Below are positions 23,601 to 35,839 of a stretch of 64,000 nt of DNA, piece after piece. The DNA is from Azolla caroliniana. Its lineage: Eukaryota; Plantae; Polypodiophyta. Within the stretch, counting starts at the first letter, position 1. Each line of letters starts with the position of its first letter. A program made the translations under genes and the position numbers. The DNA is taken from positions 26,784,001 through 26,848,000 of the forward strand of contig JBHGNT010000002.1 of the NCBI GenBank assembly GCA_043228905.1, given 5' to 3'. The notes under the pieces were generated by a model. The model saw only the letters and a list, made by a program, of their open reading frames with translations. It ran no database searches and was not told the origin of the DNA.

Positions 23601-26600
23601 GTTAAAGATTTATTTCAGCATCCTCAGTAAAATACAAATCACATCTAAAAAAGTATTGTATCTATTAGGAATTATCTCAAGTTAAGTATCAATTTACACT
23701 AAGGAACAATTTATACAGCATTAAAATACTAGCTCCAGTAAATAAAATAAAGCAGTATATTTACCACTTGGGCTCGCTACATAAAGACCATTCAATACGC
23801 CTGTGTAAGCCACTGTACCAATCGGCTGTGTTATCAGAATCTATAACAAGCAGAATGTTAAAGATGTCCTCTTGGAATAGATGGTATGGCAAGTGAAGGG
23901 GATCATAATGAAGGGTACATACTGTAAATGACAATGAGCAACATGATATTGTTGTAGAAACAAAATCATTAAGCTTCAATAATACCTCATCTCTTTCAAT
24001 GATCCCTGCTGCTAGGGCACGGTAAACTTTTGTAGCACGCTTCTCCATGAAACTGTAATTCAGTTTCAGTAAAGATATAGAAAATCTATTTCAGTTTCAA
24101 TTTAAGTTAAAAACATAATCCTATCTAACACTCTAATAAATCAATACTTGCAAGACTCACTTGTTATGTGTTGAAGATATTACTGCAGCCAAATCTGAAG
24201 AAATTTTTGACTTTGCTTCCTTTGTCTTTGCACAAAGTAGTACACCTGTAAAATCTTCTCAGCTCACACCATATAACCATGAAAAAAATCCACATACAAC
24301 TTTAAAGAGGAAACGCCCAGTTCAAAACAATGATGTCAACTACAGGGAAATTTGATCACTAATTAACCAGAGATAATCATGATAGAAGATAAATTAACAG
24401 TTTCAATGTACTCATACAAAAATTCTGAATTTTTCATGAAGTAGTCAGTATATGAAACAGCCCAATGGCTCTTGCAACATTCAAATTATGAAGGATCACT
24501 TTCGGTTCAAGTTAACATACATCCTTCAGGCTTGACTGCTAGTATTATCAAATCAAATGCAGAACAGTGAAGAGTCTCCATGATATAATTAGATTATCAC
24601 AACAGATTAATGGGGTTTTCACTCCTTGATATTATAATCACTAACCAACTCTACGTTAATGACAATCATCTCTCAGTTCAGAGACATGAAGGCAGTCAAT
24701 AACATAAAAACTACGATGTCTTGACATTAAATCCTTGTTAAAACCAAGGTTAGGAGTTTTCATCCAAGCACGATAAAGAATGCCGGTTGCTATTTGTGAT
24801 AAATGATCTTAAGCCATGTAGTGTTCAAGATTGGACAATATCAGAGTCAATAGTTCAATTCTACTACATTACTGTATCACACATTCCACAAGCATCAATA
24901 TCGCATAATATTGATGGAAAGGTAAGAGTCTAGCTTTCTGATTTTTAAAGTAAGGAAAATAAGAAAACATAATTATGTGGAAATTACATATGCAGCCTTG
25001 CATCTCAAATTGTCTTGTGAATGGGATCACTATTGTGTTAAGTTTGTGAATGCTTTCACATAAACAAATGATCCATCCCACACAACACACCATTAGATTT
25101 GGAACTTTGCAACCTTCTTTATGACCCATTCATCAGTAAACCAAACCTCACAGTCATCCACTCCCTTAATCTAAAATTTTAAGCACTTCATCTTTCAGGT
25201 TAGGCATATATATAGATATATATATAAGCCTGGACAGTTGCAGATGAAAAACACCCCACCAAGAAACAAGTATGCCCTCTCGTAAAATTACTTCCACACT
25301 CAAAAGAGTGAAGAAAAATGGAATAAAAAGCTTTCATTGGGCATTTGGAAAACAGATCTTGCTGTAACCATGGTTTGAGAGGAAAATTGGTGGGGACAAT
25401 CCAAGCTATATTGGAACGAGGGTAGTGCATTTATATTTATGTCATGTAATTAGAACCATTATTTCATTTCAGCATACTAACAATGATTAACTCTATGCTC
25501 ACAAGCTGTTTTGATAACATTAGCCCAAATCTTGAGGACCTTTCTTTCGCACCTCCCAAATCCATTGAAACTAGGTCTCACTGACAGTAAATTATAAATG
25601 TTAAGAGAAAGGGCTTTTAATTAAATCTCCAGATTTTGCTTTTGCCATCTCCATTATCAAGCTTGTCTTAGCCAAAACAACCGATTGCACGGTGCAACTT
25701 GTTGGTTGGTTCCTGGAAATTTGGAATTTAAGCCTTCTCTGGTGAAAATTGGGGTTTATTCACATTGATGTTTAAGCGTTATATTGCAAAAAGAAATAGT
25801 CAAAGAAAGATGAAACACTATTTTGGCTGATGTGCCCTCATATAAAGAGAGATGAAATTGGTACCATAGGGCATTTTGGCCACTTAAGAGATGTTTGGGC
25901 AAGAATAAATTATATCAATGTGAAGAACTAGAGAATATAGTTCTATGGAGGACGGATTTAGTGTATTTACATAGTAGAATAGATTAAGATAGAACTAGAG
26001 AATAAATTGGCCCATGAGAGAGAGAGAGAGAGAGAGAGAGAATTATACACCAAGGAGCATAAACTATACTAAGCAAAATGGGGGAATATTACAATGAAGT
26101 TACAAATAATACTAAAAGTAAATCAATTGTAATCAACATATCAGCAACACTTTACACAGAAGAGAGGCCTTGGTTTATACAGAACTAGTACAGAAGTACA
26201 CATAGAAGTTAGTAATAATGGGAGAGTGAGTGGGATATGCAAGATATCCACTTTATCCAATGCAAAGGCATCTTCCTTTTATAATGTCAATGGTTAACTC
26301 TAATGCCACATATGCCCCAAGGAGTGTGTTGATGAGCTTGTTATCCAGCAATAGGATCGTGATTGCACCATATAAATATATTTACAGATGTTCAAACTTT
26401 AATCCACATTAATCAGCTAAACGCAATAGCAGTGAAAGAAACACACCAGATGTCCCCCGCCCAAGACGATGGACAGGAGAAGGCTGACCAAGAGAAATAT
26501 TTTCATAATGGTCTTTCCTATATCTCCATTTAAGCTGAGTAAGAACAGTTCGCTGTTGATAAAGACCACCTGGGAGAACTTGTAGACCTGTGGGTTTATT

Positions 26601-27322
26601 GATTGCCAGCTGATAAAGAAGGGCATTAATTAACCAATACTTTCAAATTTTACAAGTTTTTGTAACCAAATGCTTTGCCAAATTGAACACTCCAGACATG
26701 AGCATCCCGGCTACAAATTACCAAATAATCATCTTCATAAAGAATTTCCAACTTCCAAGGGGCTGGTGGTTCTTTCCAAGGCAATCTATGATATGTAAGC
26801 TTAAACCCAACTCTGCAAAGTTTGAAGTTGTCAATCCGCGGAGACCCCAGAATTTAGATGCTTACAAAAACAATTACAGAAAAAATAGGAGATAACAATA
26901 CACACACATGATTATCTTGTCTAAATGGATGCATAAAGCAAAATAGGCATGTTTTCAAGCAGCTAATTGCAACGATACTTCTGAACATCAGTTTCATATT
27001 CAGATAGGATGTTGATGTACTCATTAAATACTTTATAATTACATAAACGGAACATGATTCTTTGACCAATAATGTACCTCACAACGGCATCTGGATCTTT
27101 CACAACTTCTTCATTGATTTTAATCTAAGAAAACATGGAATAGAAAATTTAACATCACAGCAGAAAGTTTAGGCTTAACATGTATATTTAAGGACACAAA
27201 TCACCTGTCCATTTTGAATCCTTTGCACCCATCTGCAGACAGCAATAAATGGAAATATTTAGATATTTGGACGGCAGAGAAAATGGAGAATATTTATTTA
27301 TTGCACATATACCAAAATTGTA

Positions 27323-27381
<59 letters not shown>

Positions 27382-30300
27382 GTGTGTGTGTGTGTGTGTA
27401 CCAAATAAAATAGGGTACATATATATACACTTGCTATACGTATAATTCACACAAGGGATGCTCCAAAACCTCACACAAGGGATAGCTATATCTATTACAG
27501 TCCATATAAGACCCTTTCTGATGAATCGATGGGAAGTTCCAACCTCAGAACCTTAATGGGGATTAGATTTTACATCCCAAAGGTCAATCTTCTCCCATTC
27601 CTTTGGATTGGGTGTCTAAGTATGTTCTCGAGTGCAGACATGCTCTATTGGATATTGTGTGCTTTCTTCACACGGTGTTGTACACAATGAGTGTGTCTCT
27701 CCCTGCCTGCTTTATTAAAGAGGAGTTGCTCTTTCCAAAGATGGGTAGGGATAACAGCAATCATTCTTCACCTTATTTGTCTTTTCTAAAGGAAAGAATC
27801 TCAAGAAGCATCATCAACAATGATCAACCAGTATCTACTCCACCAGCTATAAAACAATGGCCGAGATGATCAGCTATTCTTGAGATGTGATTTCCTGTCA
27901 GTTTTTCCACCATAGTTGCGTCAAACAATATATAATCTATTATACATATTCTATGTGGGTACCCTAAACATACCATTTAAATAATGAAAAGTATATTTAT
28001 TTATTTTATATATGCCTATGATATATATTTTGTACACCTATAGTAAGGCCAAACTTATTTTGTACTCCTATTCCTATAGTCACCAATCCTGAGCTGAAGC
28101 ACCAAATCCTACAAAACAAGTTGGCCGCATAGATTCACATAAGGCGAGATAAATTGGAAGGTCGGGGATTCAGGAGTAAAATCTGTGTTATAGGCTAGGT
28201 GGCAACTGTAATTCATTGAGAAAATTTTACGACCACAATGGTGGCTTCATTCCTAGAGAGTTTGTTGGCCTCAAGCTGCCCAACTGGTCATTGCACTGGA
28301 GTTTGACAACGACATGTCCATATAATCAATGATATACTATCAGGCCCCACCTTGGAGTCATGTCTGGGTCTTTACATCCGCATCTCCATTGATATTTTCT
28401 CTTGCAGGTCAAAGTTTAGATAGGCAGGCATTTGGTGGATGAGAAGAAGTCGGCCATTTGATGTTTCATGAATTTAAACGGCAGCACTTCAGCTACAAAC
28501 AGAGCAAAAATTTGAAGGGTGTCATGCCCGTCAAAAATATACACTTAATAAAAATGTCCGTCAAGTGACATACAAAGTTTCAATTTCCATTTTCATGTGA
28601 AAGGCCCCTAAAAATTATACATGTCAAATGACATGTAAAATTCTATTTTCCATGTCATATATATTATATATATGTCACATATTATCATATAAATATATGT
28701 ATGTACTATGAAGTGTGTATAATAATATATTTATATTATATGTTTTTTTATAACATGCTTAAAATAATATCATCATCATGTAATAATGATATATATTTTC
28801 AAATCTTTATTCTATACTAAATTTTAAACAATAACTTTTATTAAATACTCTAAGAGTGTAAACTCTAGGTTTGATTTTAATGTTTTAAGTTTTAAGTTAA
28901 AACTTAATTTTTTTCGATAACCTTTTTTCCAAAAAAAATAGCCTTATTTTTTCCAAAAACATTTCCTCGTTTTTTCCAAAAAAAATAACCTTTTCGTCAT
29001 AGTAAAAACATTAACACGGTATTTATTTTATGTATTTCCTTATCTTTGTGAGGTAGTTATGCTGATTTGTGTATCTTTGTGTTATAGTAATGACATGTAT
29101 AGCAATGTAGCATTATATAGAGCTTTTCATTTTTTAAATTTGCATGTCAAATGACATGTTAGTTTTTGCAATCTTATGTCATCTGGCATACATCTTTAAA
29201 AAATGCCCCTCAAAAAACTTTGATACTAACCTATCAAATTTAGGCCCTGGCTACAAATATAGAAGGATTAAGAAAAAAATCTAGCCTACCCATCAGAACA
29301 ACTATCTGACTTGAGAGCATAGAGTATTCCCCAAAACTTGTGAAAATGCCACAAACATTTTTTTATTTAGCAAAATGACACTCTTAGATTTAGTTATACA
29401 GAAAGTGGAGTTTCTAGAAGTTTCCCTCAATAATGATATGATGACAACGACTCCCTCAAAAAGTAACATGGCTATCTGAACATAAACATCTGTACCCATC
29501 TGAACGCTCAAGTTCCTTGAGATAGCAGATTATTATGATTAAAAACCAGAAACAAATGCAGTCTACATATTTTACAAGATTTTGGAAAGATGATATATCA
29601 GAGAGAAAACTTGCCCTTCTCTTGGTGCAGATGATTTATACTTTGCGCAATAAAAGTCTAGAACACTGCATGCTGATACAAAAAACAAAAAATAATAATT
29701 AGGTGTTGATGTTCCTTTCTACAAATAATAGATATACAACAAGCCTTGAAAATCCAAAGGTACGCCTATGAGAATTTAAAAATAATGCAAAATAATAGCA
29801 GCATTAAGAAGTTATTGTATCACCTATGGTGTACATAATTTTGCAACGGAAGTGTTGATCGCATAGCTTCGCTATTGTAAGAGATTGTTTTGCTTACCTC
29901 ATTTTCAAATGTATAAATCCATCATTCTACACAAATTAGAGAGGCCTAAAATTGATATAATGCCCCCATGCATACACACTACAAGTCTATTTTTCAGCCA
30001 TGTCAACATTTTCCCAGTCATGTCATTTGTTGTACGTTCCTATTATGCATAAAAACTTCCATTATCAATATCTCTCCTTCTTGTTCTATTTGAGCATCAC
30101 ATGCAGTGCTGCATTTCGATATGTCGTGACCCGGGTCAAAATATCAGTGGACCAAAACATTGTGATTGAAGTTTTGCCATTGGCAGAAGGATCACGACAA
30201 GACACCAATGTGGCCATGAGTCAAAGTGGCTCTTCATGGCTGAAGATGTCTTCAAGCTATTTCACAAGTATGCTCATACACCGAATGTAGAATATAGCTG

Positions 30301-31139
30301 TTACTGTTAGATGCTCTTCAAAGAGCCAGTAACAACTCTAGTGGTTGCATTTACATTTGTAGAGGATGATTGAGATCAGCAATCGGGGAGGATCTCAATA
30401 AAGATTCCACGCCTCAATTGTGGAAAGACTGGACATTTGAAGGTAGGCATTTATGGATTTCCTAACAGGAAACAGTTGCAAAGGCACAAAGGAGGGCTTT
30501 TATGGCATTTGTTGTATCACTATATACAGATGCACATAGAAAAAGAGATAGATTCAGCAGAAAAACAGAAAATGGCGGCTCCATTTGACATCCATCAGAT
30601 TATGCAATCGTACCAAAGATTTTCAAATGTACTACCTTTTCATGGGCTTTTCTTTTTTGAAGCAAAATGTTTTGATTTTCCTTTCCTGTTTCTTCAAGGA
30701 TAGTGTTTTCATATACAAAGAAGGGGAATTTAGAGCAAAAATAGGTCAAACTTCTTTGCTCATGGATTACAAATAATTCCAAACACGGTAAAAACAATTT
30801 TAACTTCCTCTTTGTAGATGGATCAAAAAGATTCTATGAATGTAATGGATTTTTGTCCTCATCTATGCTGTTCGAACCTCCCTAATTTTCTCTTACCATC
30901 TCAATTCTCCAGCTCAATCTCGTTTTCAGTTATTTGTTCAGTGGGATGTGTATAGACAATCCCATTTATGGTAGGAAAAGAAGAAATTATGTTGACATAA
31001 AGGTAAGTAATAAATATAGAAAAGAAATACCTGTGGAGGAAGAAGCAGCAGGGGGCACTATGTCGTTATAGAAGATGCCATGGTTGAGGTCGGGCCATGG
31101 CAAACCAAACTCTCTTTCCTGAGAGAGGGAAGGTACCAT
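20620..31139 (-). CDS. RluA-family RNA pseudouridine synthase 5-like protein, 14 exons, ~365 aa
   Basis: Exons 31139-31031, 29672-29615, 27232-27205, 27124-27078, 26812-26722, 26609-26447, 24245-24161, 24052-23986, 23840-23765, 23034-22967, 21224-21155, 21016-20932, 20840-20747, 20676-20620 (1098 nt, in frame). Motifs YHRLPWKEP, ILYEDD.LAINKPTGL, PVHRLGRGTSG, SGRPHQIRIHLAYIGHPLVGD, LHAYKLSFTHP. Confidence 0.92.
27330..27399. repeat. Compound (TA)n(GA)n(GT)n microsatellite in an intron
   Basis: Seen directly. Confidence 0.95.
28500..29249. mobile_element. Non-autonomous hAT-type DNA transposon (750 bp) in intron 2 of the pseudouridine synthase gene
   Basis: 8-bp TSD GCTACAAA at 28492-28499 and 29250-29257. 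Imperfect TIRs CAGAGCAAAAATTTGA / CAGGGCCTAAATTTGA. Subterminal GTCA..TGAC motifs; AT-rich non-coding interior. Confidence 0.85.
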
Positions 31140-33229
31140 GATGTAGGATGATGTATTATGGTGATGGTGTGAAGGTGTATGATAATATTAAATGATGTAT
31201 GATTGTGATGGTGATGGATATGATGATGTGTATGATGGTCATGGTCAAGGACCAAGGTCAAGGTCATGGTCATGGTCATGGTCATGGAAATGGAATTGTA
31301 GGAGTATGGTGACAATAATTTGCTAGACACAACTTCCCTAGTCCAAAGGATAGTGTTCTATTTATATGGTGTGCATTGTGTCCTTATGGAGGTTCTTGAT
31401 TCAAATATGTTCATTTGGGCCACTTTATGATTGTATGCCAACGAATGCCCTTTTTATAGTGGTGATCCCTAGTGCTTCCCCTAGTTATTCTACATTGTTG
31501 GAGCATGTCTATAAGCAAAGGGGTTATATAAGAAAATCAAACAATTAGTTTGGGCAATGTCAATGGGACTTTGTGTTAATGGAAAAGTCACTACACCCTT
31601 GGAGAAACAACCTTGGAAATTGTCATCATTCTTGAGTTATCAAAGCATAAGTGGCTAATCAACAACCTCTTATGTAAAACTGACGTTAAGTTATTTCTTT
31701 GGGGATATACTAAACATATTTGCATACCAAAAATGTGTTTGAGCCAACAAGAAACCGACTAACACTTAAGTTTCAAAGATAGTTAGGTGAAATGTAAGGG
31801 AGCTTATTCTCCTTTTAAGTTGTATGATATTTGGAGAAATCTTTTCAATGATCAATGGAGTATATTGTTTGCAATATCTCATCAATATCGTCCAAAATTA
31901 GGGTCTTCATTCCAAATTAAGGAATAGCATACGTGTTATGTTGCGGTTAACAACAGGACATTATTCTATAATTCAGCCAATTTTTTAATTGAAATTTGGA
32001 CCTTTTAAGCTTTTTGAATATTCTCAAATCATTCTATCAATTAAAGAGAGGATATATATGTTGGGAGTTTCAATAAGGGTAAAATAATACTTATAGTATT
32101 TTAGTAAATACTTAAATAACTAGTTAGGGGATATTTGAATCATTATGCAATACCTAATTAGGGGCATTATGATATTTACAAATTTTGAAACTTTGGGGAT
32201 ATTATCTTCTAGGATATAAAAGCAAAGATATACAAAGAGCATATGTTGAGTTGGTAGTGGGACTTTACCTATTCTATGGAGCTATCTTACTAAGTTGAAT
32301 ACCAATCGAGAGATATATGCCTTTCGAATAGAGCAAAAAGTTCATTTGCCCGACAAAAAATAACCTCAAGCCTCTTGGTAGGTTGAGCATGCTTGTGTCC
32401 TCTCTCAGATTCTATCCTATCCTATCCTCTACATTATACCACTATTTTATTTTGAAATTTGAGTTTATTTACCACCTTAGGATAAAATACATGAGATCTC
32501 TCTTTTAATATTTGGTCTCATACACGATGACAACATGCCTTTCACATAGCTACATATCATTTTGGGGCTTTCAATAATGAGCATTGTACATGTATGACCA
32601 ATCGACATTTGCTATATATGTGTATGAGTAGTGCGCTTGGGCAGCCCAAGATTTCCTACAACCAAACTGAGCTTGTCCACACAGTTGGTGGCTCCTAGGA
32701 CTACAAGCCGGAAGTTGTTTCTTGAGGATTGCATCTTTTATGAAAAAGATGCACCAAATTCCCCCCACTGTGAAGGAACAGCTCACCTCTAGCCTTTTTG
32801 TTTCCATTCCTTCCATCAATCTCTTCATGCGTCCTTTTCCCGAAGTTGATTTTTGTCGGTAATCGAGTCTCAACCAGGTGAACCCAGTTTCCCTCAAAGT
32901 AAATGATGTTTTTCAGCTCGCCTTTACAAGACATGAAGTTTTAAATGTGAAAAGGAGCGACTCGTAGTTGAATATCTTACATGTTACATTACACCGAAGT
33001 CTTCAGCACTGCACAACAAAAACCTTTGGAATTTCCAACTTTTTAGCACTCAAGATTGCCATCACTCTTCTAAAGAATCAATACAATTCAAGACATCTTC
33101 TCGAAATCTTCGTTAGAAACATCAATATGCATGCATGTTCACAACAGTTTTACACTTTCTCTTTGTCAACCCTGATCATTAAGGCTAGCCATCATTCTTT
33201 AATTAATTACACACTCTCACAAGTTCTTC

Positions 33230-35340
33230 TCATGAGTTTGTCATGGTAATCATCATTGTTTCATCTAAGCATTCATCATCCAAGGCATAAACATTTGAAA
33301 TCAACAATAGTACTGCACTGTTGTTTGGTTCCAATCGAAGAATGTGTGCGGCCGCATTTATTGCTAGTTCTACATTTCCATGAATTCTGCAAGCACCAAG
33401 CAAAGCCCTCCAAAGCACTGAGCTAGACTCTAATGGCATATGTTTGAGGAGCCCCTCTGCTTCATAGAATTGTCCACATCGAGCAAGAAGATCAATCATA
33501 CACCCATAATGCTCTATTGCATGTTCAACATCTGTATACATCATCATAAAAATGAAGTAATACCAACCTTCATCAACTAATCCAGCATGGCTACATGCAC
33601 TAAGTATAGCAACAAAGCTGACATGATTTAATTCCATCCCTTCATGCAACATTGTACCAGCTAAGCTTACAACCTCCTGACCAACCCCATGTTGGGCATA
33701 CCCAGCTAGCATTGTATTCCATGAAACAATATCCTTCTCGGGCATTCTATACAAAACCCTATTAGCATCCTTCAGCTTACCGCACTTTGCATACATGTCA
33801 ATAAGGGCATTTCCCACAAACAAATCATGGTCATATTGACTAATAACAATGCAGCTATGTACTTGAAACCCTTGAAATACTGATGTCAAATTAGCACATG
33901 TGTTTACCACACTAACATATGTGATCTCATCCGGATCTATACCTTCTTGGATCATCTTTTGAAACAATTGCAAAGCCTCTTGATCAAGGCCATGCTTGAC
34001 ATGAACAGCAATTATTGTATTCCAAGAGACCACATTCCGTATCAACATTTCATTGAATAATTGACATGAACTGCTTAAACTTCCACATGTAGCATACATA
34101 TCAACAAGCGCATTTGCTATGAAAATATTTGTTGAGGCATTAGTTTTAGAGATCCGAGAATGGATATGTTTCCCTTGTTCAGAAGATTGTAAAGTTGTGC
34201 AAGCTGTGAGGATGCTTACATAGCTAACATCATTCGGAAAGAACCCTTCCATAGCCATCTGATAGAAAAGCTGAAGTGCCTCTCTACAATGGCCATGCTT
34301 AGTTAATCCTCCAACCATTGCATTCCAAGTGGAAACATCCCGTTCTGGAATCTCGTCGAAAATCTTCCATACACTAATCCAACCTCTACATTTTGTATAC
34401 ATGTCAATAAGAGCATTCCACATTAATGTATTTAACTCCAATCCACTCTCCATAATATGATAATGTATTTTTTTGGCCTGCTCCAAATCTCCTAGATTAC
34501 CATATGCATTTGAGATGCTTAGAAATGTGACTATATCCGGTTTAATGTGCATAGATTGCATCTCTGAGAAAAGTGTAAGGGCCTTTTTTGCATCTCCATC
34601 TTTGACATAGCCTCCAATAATCACATTCCATGAGGCTGAATCCTTCTTGTCCATAGTGTCAAAATTTTGTTTTGCATCCTCAAAGCTTCCACATTTTATA
34701 TACATATTGACCAAAGAATTTCCCACCAATGTACTCAGTTTCATTTTACTCTTTCTAAATAGATCATGGATCTGCCTACCTTTCTCTAGATTTCCTAGAC
34801 CAGCACATGCTTTAAAAGCAGATACAAAGCTAACATCATTGGGCATTAAGCCATGCTCTTGCATTCCCCAAAATGTGTTCAGGGCATCCTCAAATCTCTC
34901 ATGCCTACAATAGGCTGCAATCATCATGTTCCAAGTTACTTGATTACGCTCTATCATGTTGTCGAATGCAGCTTGAGCATCTTCTATGTTCCCACACCTT
35001 GCATACATGTTGACAATGGAAGTTGATATAAAGACATTAGGTCTCCATTCACTCCTTATGATGTGATCATGAAGAAATCTACCATCATACAATGCATTTG
35101 ATTGAATGCACCCTTGCAATAGGCATACATAAGTTTGAGGGCAATTTTTGTAACCTTGTTGTTCCAACTTTCTCAGAATTTGAAGTGCTTTAGTGAGATG
35201 TCCTTGCTTCAAGTGAGCTGCAAAATGACTTTAATTTCAGACTTATACAAAAGCAGTTATTTGGAAAAACACCAACCAAGACACATCTTGTTGCTTCATA
35301 AATATCTCAGAATTGCTAAGAAAATGCTACCTTGTGTCAT
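33230..35340 (-). CDS. PLS-class PPR protein with E domain; 5' end uncertain
   Basis: Main exon 35217-33230 with PLS motifs and E domain (WRALLGACRIHGN...LLISNVY). No ATG at the ORF start. A putative intron 35330-35218 (AAG|GTAGC...TTTTGCAG|CT) joins an ATG at 35340 in frame. Confidence 0.85.
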
Positions 35341-35839
35341 GTTGAGTTTACCCAAGCTCCATGTTTTCTTGAATCGCAATCCAGATTCTGTGACCTTGTC
35401 GTTAGCATATGTATATTGTCACATTGTACAGTAGTCACTCTCTTGGTCTCATAGATTACTGCGGCTTTTTGAAGACATTAAGACAGCCTTTTGTTTCATT
35501 TCTACATCTGTACTCACATTCTCTGCTTGGTTTATGGTTCCTATATCATTGTTCTTTGATGACAGCCTAGTTTAGATATGATGGTGATCCAGTTTAGGTC
35601 AAGTTAAACTCATTTCTCTATCATCTGATTGACGTAAATTTATTTCCTTTTCAGTAAAACATACAAAGGATCATATTTACAAAGAATTTACGTATATCTA
35701 GTGCATCACAATCTAGAGCTTTTGCACGTTGGTATTTTCTCCTTCGATTCCCCATATTTCTAGTTTCTAAACCGACAATTCAAGGATCTCTGCAGGTTTA
35801 TTACCATGAAATGCATTGTATACTAAAGTCATCCTATCA

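Noticed and set aside
30405-30450. Zinc-knuckle-like RLNCGKTGHLK in intron 1 of the pseudouridine synthase gene
   Set aside because: First and last Cys are missing and no supporting gag context was found; at most a very old retroelement trace.
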